Positions 9,297-20,456 are shown, counted from the stretch's first letter. The stretch: 64,000 bases of DNA from Aduncisulcus paluster (GCA_024181965.1 BQXS01012745.1:1-64000), one strand, 5' to 3'. Notes: a model not told the origin generated them from the letters alone. A program made the numbers and translations.

Positions 9297-11645
9297 CTAA
9301 TGACCAGTAATATTGTGTGACAACAGGAGATCAATTTCTTCAGGCTCTTCTTTCTTCCATTTTGGAAGTGTTGACCCCATTGACATAGAATTTTCACATC
9401 CAACAAGGAGAAGATTCGGGATAAATTCAATTCTTTCCAATACTGTTTTTGTTTGAGCAGTGAGACATGGAGGAACTTCAACAGGGAAAGGATCGAACAC
9501 TCCCAATACTTTACCTTCTTTTCCAGCCCTAACCCCAACAAATTCACCTCCAATCATTTTAATAATTTTTGAGAAAGCGTGGATATCTGGGTGCAAAATA
9601 TCTACAATATGTTCACCAAATTCCCGTTGTTTAAGAATATCCATGAACATTCGCACAACTCTTTCACCTAAGTTCCTAAGAAGGATGGCACGAGTATCAC
9701 CACCACTTTCACAGGCGGTTTGAGCTGCACAATGAATCATTTTACACATTTTGAACATATGAGATGTAACTCCATTCACTATATCGGATGTTCCAGTTGT
9801 ATATACATGAGGAGACTGTGCGTTCATTATCTGTGTGCAACTTGCGACAACAATATCAACCCAAGTCGTCACACAGGAGTCCATGCAAACTCTGATGTTT
9901 GAAACAGCCGTCTTTGTAAAATATTCTTGAAGAAATTCAGGTCTTACAGAATCGTTATTCGTAAGGATAGAAAGGAAAGGCCCAAGAGATGTGGCCAATT
10001 GATTGATGGTTTTAATAGAGGTCAAAAGAGTGGACGATATATTCACAAGATAGGGTTTGGTATCAGCTACATCAGCTATCCTTCCATCCACACTGGATTG
10101 TCCAGCCCCATGGCCGTCCATTGATTCTCCAGCAATCATTGGAGAAGGGAGTTTCAGAGATTCTTCAATAGACATCCATACATCCTTCACAATACGACCT
10201 ACGACCTGTTGAACATGCTGCGTCGTTTTAACGAGCATGTGGAGTCCCAATTCGTAAACTAGCTTGAAATATGGGAGGGGATGGATACAAAGGAACGAAG
10301 AGGACTTCTCATAAAAAAAAGAGCTCTTGAGACGTTCGAGAATACTCAAGCATTCCTCACAGAGACTTCGAACACACATCTCAATGCATTCGAAGCCCCC
10401 ATCAGTCGAAGAGGGCGTTGGAAGGGACGAGTGGGGCATTGCATCCTCAACTCGGCCAATAAACAAATCAAACAACAATTCACAAAGGCGTTCCTCTGAA
10501 AAGGAAGATACCAATGGAAGAAAGGTGGTTTTTCTTCTTAAACTAGGGTATAAATGACTTCTAGAAGCCTGAGAAAGTGAAATGGTGGACATTGTTGGAA
10601 TATTGATTTCATCACATCGTAAACTTTGTGAAATTAGAACAGGACGCAGAATATCATATGTTTTCGCCATTTCATTCACCTTTCCACCCAAACTCGGAGA
10701 TTGAACATGAGGTGGTCGTTTGGCACCTGCAGGAAGAATCGAAGAACTCATTCTTCTTCCTTGAAATGATAACTGAGGAGCAAGATACATTGCTATTGGC
10801 CCATCATTTCCCAAAGCATACTCAATAATCCGAGGAATATGTTGCTCAGGATGCAAAAAGGAGGCGGCAACATTTTCAAGGGTTTGTTCAAAAGCACGAA
10901 CAATAAGTTCGAGATTGAATTCACCAAACTGAATACTGATCTTTGAAATTGGAGCGGCAGATAAAAATAGATTAACAATGGTTTCTCTTTCATCCATCTG
11001 TTCGAGTAAGTTCGTTATTGGGATAAGAGTTTTGTAGAAAGAAGAATGGTTCTGATTTTTCCAAAGTTCCTCCAATTTTAACAGTAAGACTCGCTTCACT
11101 TGAGAGTATATATGCTCAATACATTTCAGCTGTAAAAATTCAATATAAACATCCCTTTCAAATAGACTATTAGGAGTGTGATGCTTTGCTTCACGTAAAA
11201 CTTCAACAGTATTCTCCAATATTGGATTTGGATGTATGTTTTTGGAAATAGAATTGAAGAACAATATGTCAGCCGGATAATTTTGAGGATAATCAAGAAT
11301 ATCAATGAAATTTTTCTCAATTTCTTCAAAGAATGCATCTGTTGAATCCCTAAGCTTCTTATTCTCGCAGAAAGCAACAATAATAGAATGTAGGTTATTG
11401 AGAACAGATTTCTCAACAGTCGCAAATTCTTTTCTTCTCATTTTGGAACTCATCGTCGAGACCTTTTCAGCCACTAAATGAACAGTTTTATGGACGCTTT
11501 CGGCGCGCTCTTGGAGTCGTGAGACCTTTTCTTTTGCGTATACTATGTTGCTTTTATATACATCCAAAGATGATAATAATCTTCTATATAATTCTTTTTT
11601 TTCTTTTTCAACAATTTCTATTCTTTCTTTTAATTTTGAACTCAT
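9297..11645 (-). CDS. Helical-rod protein, probable exocyst subunit Sec10/EXOC5-like
   Basis: 782 aa with an N-terminal coiled coil. The C-terminal LGERVVRMFMDILKQ...DIHAFSKII...NLLLV resembles the Sec10 C-terminus as I recall it. Confidence 0.5.
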   Translation of the reverse strand: MSSKLKERIEIVEKEKKELYRRLLSSLDVYKSNIVYAKEKVSRLQERAESVHKTVHLVAEKVSTMSSKMRRKEFATVEKSVLNNLHSIIVAFCENKKLRDSTDAFFEEIEKNFIDILDYPQNYPADILFFNSISKNIHPNPILENTVEVLREAKHHTPNSLFERDVYIEFLQLKCIEHIYSQVKRVLLLKLEELWKNQNHSSFYKTLIPITNLLEQMDERETIVNLFLSAAPISKISIQFGEFNLELIVRAFEQTLENVAASFLHPEQHIPRIIEYALGNDGPIAMYLAPQLSFQGRRMSSSILPAGAKRPPHVQSPSLGGKVNEMAKTYDILRPVLISQSLRCDEINIPTMSTISLSQASRSHLYPSLRRKTTFLPLVSSFSEERLCELLFDLFIGRVEDAMPHSSLPTPSSTDGGFECIEMCVRSLCEECLSILERLKSSFFYEKSSSFLCIHPLPYFKLVYELGLHMLVKTTQHVQQVVGRIVKDVWMSIEESLKLPSPMIAGESMDGHGAGQSSVDGRIADVADTKPYLVNISSTLLTSIKTINQLATSLGPFLSILTNNDSVRPEFLQEYFTKTAVSNIRVCMDSCVTTWVDIVVASCTQIMNAQSPHVYTTGTSDIVNGVTSHMFKMCKMIHCAAQTACESGGDTRAILLRNLGERVVRMFMDILKQREFGEHIVDILHPDIHAFSKIIKMIGGEFVGVRAGKEGKVLGVFDPFPVEVPPCLTAQTKTVLERIEFIPNLLLVGCENSMSMGSTLPKWKKEEPEEIDLLLSHNITGH

Positions 11646-11913
11646 AGGGGAAGATTTGATGGAAATAATAACAATACGGGGAATTCAGACAAAATAAACG
11701 ATGATCTATTAAATCTATGATGATATTTAAAAAAATAAAAATATGATATGATATTGAGGGTTGTCAAAACACACAGAATCTCAAAAATAGTTCCCTAAGA
11801 CAAATCAGTTTCTTCATTTTCGAACTTCAAATCTACTTTTATCGTGTGTGAGATAGGCAATTTGTCCACTTGGTTTTGATCACACCCATTTCAAACATAA
11901 TATTCAGTTATTG

Positions 11914-12483
11914 ATGAAATTAACTGTAATATCTGCTCTGTCTATCATTCTATCTTTTGTATTAACTGTATCTTCTATTGTTTTTAATATATTTGTTTCA
12001 AATTATGGAAAAAATAATTTAGAATGCTCAACCAGTGATGAGTGTTGCAAACAATCTCCTCATATTTCAGTATTTAGTATAGTTGGGATAATTTTTGGAG
12101 TTGTGGGATTTTGTGGATTAATATGGCATATAATATATCGCCTAAAAGCCAAAAAATTATCTCTTATCATCACTTTGATTAATATGATTTGTATTATCGG
12201 TCCTAATGTGTTTTCCTTCATTTGTTTTGTTAGTGGATTTGGAATTATTGTGACAATAGCTAGTTGTCACGGTGATGAATTTGCTGATGTTGTGTTTTAT
12301 TTCATCATTGGAACTCCAATTTCATTGGCCCTCTTCATATTGACAGTATTTTTCAATCTTATGTCCTTTAATTTTGAAGTTGCTAGAAGTGAGCTTCAAT
12401 GTCATAATGTTCTGAAAGATGCTTTAAAGGATGCCATTGATGCCATCGATGCGGATGAATCATCAAGAATACAGGATAAATAG
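11914..12483 (+). CDS. Hypothetical membrane protein (about 4 TM helices)
   Basis: Four hydrophobic stretches, a Cys-containing first loop and a charged C-terminal tail. Confidence 0.7.
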   Translation: MKLTVISALSIILSFVLTVSSIVFNIFVSNYGKNNLECSTSDECCKQSPHISVFSIVGIIFGVVGFCGLIWHIIYRLKAKKLSLIITLINMICIIGPNVFSFICFVSGFGIIVTIASCHGDEFADVVFYFIIGTPISLALFILTVFFNLMSFNFEVARSELQCHNVLKDALKDAIDAIDADESSRIQDK

Positions 12484-12800
12484 TCGAAATCTATTTTGCC
12501 ATCCATATAAAACATTTTAATATTATTTTAGAAAATACTCAATAATTAATAGTTATTTTATCAATATACACTATATCCTTAATATTTCGGTCACGTGTTG
12601 ACCTAGTATATGGAAACTTGCTTATTCCCAAAAGGAGAATAATCAAAATCAATAAAAGATACCCATGTATTAATAATGTTTTTAAATTACTATTGTATAC
12701 ACTATTTATTTATCTTCTTACAAAATGAGAAGGATGTGTCTATTTTTGGATTTTTCCCAAGATTTTTTTCCAATCAATTTTGAACGTCTATTGTTGTGTC

Positions 12801-13193
12801 ATGGCCCGTGTTCGTACCAAAACAATTAAAAGAGCTGCCCGTTCCCTCATTGAGAAATATTACACCAAGCTTTCTTTGGATTTCCAGATGAACAAGCGTG
12901 TATGTGATGAGTTCGCTGTTATCCAGTCTAAACGTATGCGCAACAAGATTGCTGGTTACGTTACCCACCTTATGAAGCGTATCCAAGCTGGTCCCGTTCC
13001 CGGTATCTCTCTTAAACTCCAGGAAGAGGAGAGAGAGAAGCGTGATAACTACGTCCCTGAGAAGTCCGCTATCGACCGTGAAAAGATAGAAGTTGATGCT
13101 GAGACTCTTGAAATGGTCAAATCTTTCGGTTTTGAACACGAGAAGTTCTCTACTCAGACTGCCCGTACTCGTAGAACTGAGAGGAAGGAGTAA
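12801..13193 (+). CDS. RPS17: 40S ribosomal protein S17 (eS17)
   Basis: [64 protein letters not shown] at 12801. Confidence 0.97.
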   Translation: MARVRTKTIKRAARSLIEKYYTKLSLDFQMNKRVCDEFAVIQSKRMRNKIAGYVTHLMKRIQAGPVPGISLKLQEEEREKRDNYVPEKSAIDREKIEVDAETLEMVKSFGFEHEKFSTQTARTRRTERKE

Positions 13194-13370
13194 GTTTTCC
13201 TTTTGGATACTTACGAACAGTAAACTTTCCGAACCGCCTTGAAATATAGGTCTGGAGGAATATAACAAAATTATAGCTGACGAATTGGTTAAGTAATTTA
13301 AGTTTGACTGGCCTAGTGAGAAAACAGAGGTGACCTTTCAAAGGTCTTTATACAAATTTGTACACTCTCA
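13190..13370 (+). ncRNA. Candidate structured RNA immediately 3' of RPS17 (3'UTR/intron element or separate ncRNA)
   Basis: Several nested helices whose G-U pairs work only on the + strand; see findings. Confidence 0.4.
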
Positions 13371-13426
13371 AAATATATAGATAAATAAATAATTGAACGA
13401 TATTTATTCGCATTATTACATTATGA

Positions 13427-14641
13427 TTAAAGGTCGGGGTTATTCCAAATTGATGAAGGTTCAAACTGATAATTTCCAGCTCCATAGATGAGTCCGCCCT
13501 TCCACATTCCAGTGAAGGAAGCACCACTGGGCCACACAATCTTCCCATTTCCCTCTTTCTTGTTATCTACGAATTCTCCTTCGTAGGTGATTCCGGCCTC
13601 ATCACAATAAATCCCGTGTCCATGTCTCTTGTCGCACATCCATTCTCCCTTATAAGAGGCTCCAGTAGAGTAAATCAACTCTCCATATCCAGTGGCCTGA
13701 TCATCTCTCCACTCTCCAGTGTAACGATCACCGTTGCCATAGGTGAGAGTACCCTGCCCATGTTTCTTCCCAGAGTCCCAGGATCCCTCGTACTTATCGC
13801 CATTTGTGTAAGTAAGAACACCTTGTCCATGAGCTTTGTCGTCCTTCCACTCACCATCGTATCTTTCACCCTCTTTGTATTCCAAGGTTCCACGGCCATT
13901 CTTCTTATCTTCAGCCCATTCTCCTTTATAGACATTTCCATTGGCAAATACATACTTGCCAACACCATGCATCTGTCCATTTCTCCATTCTCCTTCGTAA
14001 TGACCTCCATCAGCGAAGAAATAGGCTCCATTACCATGCATAACACCTTCAAACCATTCTCCATCATATTTTTCAACATGCTCCCCATTTTCACCAGCGT
14101 AAAGGACAACACCACGACCATGACGTTTATCTTCTTTCCATTCTCCTTCATACTCATCACCATCGTTATATGTGTATTTCCCAAAGCCATGCATTCTCCC
14201 ATCTTTCCAATCACCGTCGTAAACATCTCCATCACTGTATACAAGTCTACCTTTTCCACTGATACGGCCATCAACCCATTCACCTTCATAGCGATTTCCA
14301 GAAGCATATTCACTAATTCCATATCCGTGAACTCTATCATTTTGCCATTCGCCCCTATATTTAGAGCCATCAAGGTAGATATATTCACCTTTCCCATGAC
14401 GTTTACCATGGACCCAATCTCCTTCATAAATTTCTTTGTTGGGATATACAAGCTTACCTAAAAAAACATAATAGATGTAATAATGATATAGAATAAAAGA
14501 TTTTCCCAAAAAATATCGTTTTTAATTGTTAAAATAAGTGAAAAATAATTTCTAGTGTTGGCATGTCAAGAAAGAATAAAGAAAGAAAAACATACCATGA
14601 CCATGCATTTGGCCATCACTGATCTGCCCACTGTACATCAT
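13427..14641 (-). CDS. MORN1: MORN-repeat cytoskeletal protein, MORN1-type (358 aa); exons 14641-14596 and 14457-13427
   Basis: About 15 tandem YxGxWxxGxxHGxG repeats. A GTATGT...TAG intron at 14595-14458 gives the N-terminus MMYSGQISDGQMHGHGKLVYPNKE; the protein ends WNNPDL. Colinear with trypanosome MORN1 as I recall it. Confidence 0.88.
14458..14595 (-). other. Spliceosomal intron (138 nt) in MORN1
   Basis: GTATGT...TTTTAG on the minus strand; removal gives an in-frame first MORN repeat. Confidence 0.9.
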
Positions 14642-15334
14642 TTTGTTGGATGTGTATGTAGTTCGACAAAAAAATATGTTTCCAACAAAATTCTTGGAAC
14701 TGTCCTAAATGAGCGTTGGTTGTAAAAATTTCATTTTAATACGGTATCATTTTTAAAATTATAAATATTATTGCGAGAGATTTATTATATTGGTCGGTCA
14801 ACTCCTTCGAAAATGAAAATTCCATGTTTTGAGAGCGTCTTTCTAATTTTGACAGGAAAACATATTTATAGTATTGTAATTATTACTATTATTACTGATC
14901 ACAACAAAAATATCTTATTTAGACGATATTCTCAATAGATATGCTCAGACCCGCTATTATCTGAAGTTTTTATGATGCTTGGACAAATATAAGTATTTTT
15001 GACATATAACTTGTCAAAAAAGTTACAATATCATCTCACTCCTTCATTATTGATATCATTCTGATCTTCTATGGGATCGAGTTCAACTCATAGATCAAGT
15101 TGATCTGTCAAGGCGGTTTCGTATTTCCATTAATTTGAGTTTCAATGATGTGTTTATACATACTATTGCATATATAACATATGATATTTATGCTCCTTTC
15201 ATTGTTTTTGAATGTATTAAGACGTATATCAAAGACAATGGAGGTTTTTGGATAATATTTGATTTTATAATGCAAATTCCAAGCCCTTTTCGATCTGTAT
15301 TAATGTGTTGCATAGAAAAAATAACCATTTTTTC

Positions 15335-15409
15335 GTTGTCATAGTCAAATGGGAAAGACGTCGTGTGCTGAGCCATGCGGAAACCCAGGTTCGAGTCCTG
15401 GTGGTAACA
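15335..15409 (+). tRNA. tRNA-like gene of undetermined identity (aberrant 20-nt anticodon arm)
   Basis: 7-bp acceptor stem GTTGTCA/TGGTAAC plus discriminator A. D-arm GTC-AAATGGGAAA-GAC. T-arm CCAGG-TTCGAGT-CCTGG. A-box TAGTCAAATGG, B-box GGTTCGAGTCC, and T6 terminator at 15412-15417. Confidence 0.8.
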
Positions 15410-15768
15410 TATTTTTTAATATAAATAGATATCACTTCCCTTTATGTAGTTTGAGATGATTTATATTTATTTATTTATATTTAAACTCGATTTACAACGA
15501 TTTGTTCCATTTACTATACTGAATGCTTTTGTTAAAGGAGTTTCTGTTTGTTTCAATTTGTAATGAATAGAGAGTTTAAATGAACCAATAAATACAAATA
15601 TAATTATTTTTTACATAATAGAGAAATTAATACCTTATATTAATTCTTAATATTGCATCAATTGAAGCTTTAATAAAAAAAAGCAGAAAAAGGACAAAAC
15701 GTATGCCAGTGGCTTCAAAGATAAAAATCAAGACGACACATTTTTTTGATCTATATAACCTCTCAATA

Positions 15769-16446
15769 TCATGAAGAAGATATCTTCTGATCTTCTTCTC
15801 CAATAACAAGTTCAATTTGTTGAACATTCCACCGAACACTTCCCAAGGTGATCATATCAGTAATAATCAAAATATATTCGGCCCAAGCAAGTATATTTTG
15901 CTCACTTACTTTTGTTCTATCAGTGAATTCGTTAATGCAGAACGTAATTATCATACCAATACAGATAATAGGAAGACACGCGATTCTCCCATAATGAACC
16001 AATTTGGGTTTTTCAAGCTTCATATCAGTGAAAATTATAATAGCAAGAATGATGAGACTTGAAGCAAAGTGAGTATAAGCACCAATAATGTGTATGTTTG
16101 GATAATCTGCATAATAAAAGATTGTGAGCGTAGAACACCCAAGAATATAAATTGAACTGGCACAAAACACAATAATTTTTAGCGCTTTAGATGTAAGAGG
16201 GTATTCATCACGATGGGTAGCATGAAAATACCAAAAATACAGACAAAACAAGCTTAATACAAGTGTCACAAACATATTTGTGCTAAACAGTGATATGGAA
16301 AGACAAAAGTCCGGTGAAGCAGTCCCAGATAAGGTTGGAAACACTGATGTTTCAAAATGAACCATAAACATGATAATGGAAATGACATCAAGAGTAAGAT
16401 TCCAAATAGGAAGAGCTAATGGAATCCATGAAATTGGAATAAGCAT
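15769..16446 (-). CDS. Frag1/DRAM/Sfk1-family membrane protein
   Basis: 225 aa, about 6 TM helices, with HIIGAYTHF and AWAEYILI matching the family's HxxGA and AxxEW/Y motifs. Confidence 0.65.
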   Translation of the reverse strand: MLIPISWIPLALPIWNLTLDVISIIMFMVHFETSVFPTLSGTASPDFCLSISLFSTNMFVTLVLSLFCLYFWYFHATHRDEYPLTSKALKIIVFCASSIYILGCSTLTIFYYADYPNIHIIGAYTHFASSLIILAIIIFTDMKLEKPKLVHYGRIACLPIICIGMIITFCINEFTDRTKVSEQNILAWAEYILIITDMITLGSVRWNVQQIELVIGEEDQKISSS

Positions 16447-16642
16447 TGATTAGATTTTTTGGTATCCAAATGCAATGTGAAGCAGAAAATGCCACCCAAG
16501 AGTCTCTGAAGAAAGTTCGACAACGATATGGAATATAAATTGTCCATTTACACAATGAATACATAAAAAATCAATTCTTTTTTACAAAAAAGATATAATT
16601 ACCCCTATCCGCATTCAATCCAGGTTTTCCTTGGCGAATTAG

Positions 16643-19600
16643 ATGTTACGATCAAGTTATCGAAACATTTCATCAATAGAACCACTTTATTCAGGAGGTC
16701 CGGCTGTCTTTTCTCCTGATAAAGATTTATTATATTGTATTCAAGATGAATCCGTTAATATCATTGAAACAGCATCATCAACAATTGTAAAACATATTGA
16801 TTTGAAGGCTAATTTGCTTACAGCATTATCAATCCATCCCAAAGGTCATATATTCGCTGCTGCTGCCAATTCATTAATGTTGTTTGTTGTTAATGCACTT
16901 TCTGGTGAAGTAATCAAGCAATTTCGTGCCCATGATGCTCCTATCGTTGATATAACCTTTCATCCCACCTTGGATTTGTTTGCTACAGCAAGTGCCGACA
17001 GAACTGTACGGGTATTCGATTTCAATGGTCAATGTAAGTCGTATCTTCGTGGACACAAATCGATGGTTACTGGAGTTGCATTTAATCCTGTCCCTGAGGT
17101 TCCCCATCTTCTCTCCTATTCATCTGATAGTTCCCTTATTGTCTGGGATATCACAACCAATCGAATGATTCGTTCTTTTGATGAACACTTGGGAGGAATT
17201 AACTCAATATCAGTCATTCAATGTGATGGTGGTTGTATTATTGCGAGTGGATCCATGGATAAGTCAGTTTGCATATATATATACGATGAAGCTTCTGGAG
17301 AATATCATACTCATATCAGCAGGCCTATTTATAGAACAGCTGATTGTATTGTCATCAGGAAACGGATTGAATTGATAGAAAATAGTATATANNNNNNNNN
17401 NNNNNNNNNNNCCTGAGGTTCCCCATCTTCTCTCCTATTCATCTGATAGTTCCCTTATTGTCTGGGATATCACAACCAATCGAATGATTCGTTCTTTTGA
17501 TGAACACTTGGGAGGAATTAACTCAATATCAGTCATTCAATGTGATGGTGGTTGTATTATTGCGAGTGGATCCATGGATAAGTCAGTTTGCATATATATA
17601 TACGATGAAGCTTCTGGAGAATATCATACTCATATCAGCAGGCCTATTTATAGAACAGCTGATTGTATTGTCATCAGGAAACGGATTGAATTGATAGAAA
17701 ATAGTATATATTCCCAAGAACCACTCACTGTGAAAATATCCAATCCTGATGATACAATGACCAAAAAGAAGAAAAGGGGAAAGAAGAAAGTTATTTCAAA
17801 ACATGATAAACTCATGTCCATCAAGGAAAACATATTGCCGTTGTATGAAGTTGTTATAAGTTCCTCCGAAACCTGTGAGGTCTTCTGTGTGTCCGCCCTC
17901 ACTCTTAAGCCTTTTCCCGACTCAAAAGACGATATTATTAGATTTCCTGGAGCTCCTCTTCGTTCAGATTCCTTTATTTTCCCTGAACATTCTCTTCCTA
18001 CTGGGTCTTCTCAGGACAATCTTGAGGTGATAACCGATCTTCAGGTAGAAGAGGAAAGTGCTGAGAGTAGTGAAGACCAACAACAGAGCGAAGCAGACAA
18101 AAACAGTGTCGCTGTTCGTTATATGCGAAGTTTCAACGATGGTCTCATTTCCTTCTGTCTTTCTGACCTAACCATCCAGCTTATTACCTTGCATCCATTC
18201 CAGGTTGTGTGGAGTGTTTGTGGAGACATTGGTGAAATTAACGGGTGTGTTGTACTTTCTGATATGTCACATGAGAAAAGGAGTGAAGAGGAGGAGGAGG
18301 AGGAGGAAGGACTGAGTGACCTCCACGGTAGTCAAGGCACACTTGAATCAGATATTGCAAATCCTGACCAAGGCGATGTTCAAAGTGATTACTATTCTGT
18401 TAGTTCTGATTGTTGCCCTCGCTTTGTTGCTGTTTCCACTTTTTCCCCCTTTCTAAGAATAATTCATATCCCGTCACGCCAATGTCTCTCCATAGCTCGC
18501 TCAATACGAAGTGTTCTTTGTGTCTCTACTGATGGTGAGTATATCGCATGTGGAAGTGAGGATGGAAAGGTCTTCGTGTTCTCTGCTCTTGCCTTTAACT
18601 TGTCAGAGGATGAATTAGTTCTCAAAGGAATGGAGAAAAGAGGAGAATCACTCAGATCCATTCGTTCTTCCAGTAGGAAACAGATAAAAGAAGAAGAAGA
18701 GGAGGAAGAAGAGGAAGAAGAAGAGGAGGAAGAGGAAGATGAAGAGGAAGAGGAGGAAGAAGATATGGACAGCATTGATGATATACTTATGGAGGAAAGT
18801 CTTAATCCTATTTTCTCGAATGCCCCTCTTCATGCCCTCACACCCCAATGTCTGGCTGTGTGTGAAGGTATAGATTCCCCTGTGACGTGTGTTTCTCTTC
18901 ACAAGGGAATATTGTTGGCTGGGGATGATGATGGAAACATTTCAGAGTTTGACTTGAAAGATATTGCCAAAGAGCGGAATAGAAAGCTGAAAGAAACACA
19001 TTCATGTCCATCTGAAGTTGTTATTGGGCCCAAATACAAACACTCTGCACATAAAAAGCCAGTTATGACCATTGAAATGTCAAAATCCCTTGCCATGTAC
19101 GTTTCTGGGGGAATGGATAGGGTAGTCCGGGTTTGGGGAAGATTGGGAAGAAAAGAGAAGGAAGATAGAGAGAAAAAGGAACGTGACGGCGGATCTAAGG
19201 CCTTGTCGGATGCCTTTTCCGCCTTTGTTGCCCTGAAACAGTCTGAGGAAAAAGAAGGAGATATCTCTAGTGATGGTAAGAAAAAGAGCAAGAAAATCGC
19301 CTTATCGTCAACGAATATTCAGTTATTATCACTTTCCTTAGCCAAACCGGTCAGCTCACTGGCCCTTTCGCCTTGTTCCCCCGCTCTTTCTGTCTGTGTC
19401 AAAAATATGGTGTCTATTTTGAGTCTTTCAAGTTCAAAGGTGAAGTCCAAGAAGAAAATACAATCAAAAGGACACAGAAAAGATGGGAAAGGTTCTGAAC
19501 CAGCCACTGTTTCTGCAGGGAAGGTCTTGAATCGCCTTCAAGGTTGTGTGAGTGCCACAGGCTGTGTTTCGTATATTAACAATGGAAATGGTGTTGTTTG

Positions 19601-20243
19601 TGCATCCTCCGGTGGTTCTCTGCACCTATGGGACACCTTGAGTGGAGAGATGACTGTCTCGATCGATGCCCACGATGATCGCATCCAAGCACTCTCTGTC
19701 TGTGGGGACGGTGATGTGTTGATGACATCATGTGTCGATGGATCTATCAAGATCTGGAAAGACGATTCCGAGGACAAGCGAAGGGAAGAGGAAGAGAAGA
19801 AAGAACAAGATCTCAAACATCGCCAAGAACTCATGAACGCATGCAAAACAGGACAATGGCTGAGAGCTATCAGGCTTTGCGTGCATCTAAATCATACAAA
19901 ACAACTTCGTGATGTTTGTGAAAGAATTATACAACTTGGGAGAGAAAAGAGTGATGTGGTATTCAGTTCTGTCTTTGAAAGGTTGAATATAAAGGATGTA
20001 AGGAAGGTAATAAGTATATCTGTATCATGGTGTGGTCTCTCGAGGTTCATGTTTATCACAATGAGAGTATTTAGGGCCATTTTACAGGAGTGGACTGTGG
20101 ATGAGATCGTCGATGGAAGTGACGCAGAACTTAGGGGAAAAGTGGAAACTTTATTCATGTACAGTCAGAGATATTATAATAGAATGTCAGAACTATGTGA
20201 AAGAATGCATATAGTTGACTATTTGGAGGCTGGTTTGAAATGA
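16643..20243 (+). CDS. UTP13: WD40-repeat U3 snoRNP protein Utp13/TBL3-like; one gene of about 1093 aa, split in the ORF track by an N-gap with a duplicated flank
   Basis: N-terminal IEPLYSGG, many WD40 repeats (AHDAPIVDITFHP, SADRTVRVFD, DGSIKIWKD) and a helical C-terminal Utp13-like domain. Collapsing the 319-nt gap/overlap restores a single frame. Confidence 0.78.
17093..17710. repeat. Assembly gap (N 17392-17411) with duplicated flanks
   Basis: 17093-17391 equals 17412-17710. Confidence 0.92.
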
Positions 20244-20456
20244 TCTCTATTATGATGTCCTCTTAAGTATATATTTCTTTCAAAGGTCAAATTGATTATT
20301 ATAGAAGTAAATATTCCATTTTACATTTTATCTTTGACTATTTCGTTCTTGAAGATGGCTCCTCATATCAGTGATCAGACACCTCACAAATTATTCCCAG
20401 TTTGACCACACTTGATTTCTATATATATCTTTTTTTTAATCTATTGAAATATTATT

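Noticed and set aside
13277-13330. CTGACGA...GAAA resembling a hammerhead ribozyme core
   Set aside because: I could not build convincing stems I-III or a correctly placed NUH cleavage site.
13616-14461. Long antisense and alternate-frame ORFs (281 and 258 aa) over MORN1, and similar shadows over RPS3, RPS17 and the activase
   Set aside because: Explained by repetitive codon structure and biased codon usage on the real coding strand; no independent protein features.
17093-17710. Apparent two WD40 genes or an internal repeat, and similar repeats at 6371-6845, 24236-24881, 45119-45651 and 62979-63526
   Set aside because: Each is a 230-310 nt overlap on both sides of a 20-N scaffold gap. Collapsing it restores single reading frames, so these are assembly artefacts.
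18688-18762. GAA/GAG repeat tract
   Set aside because: Simple poly-Glu coding sequence, not a satellite or CRISPR array.
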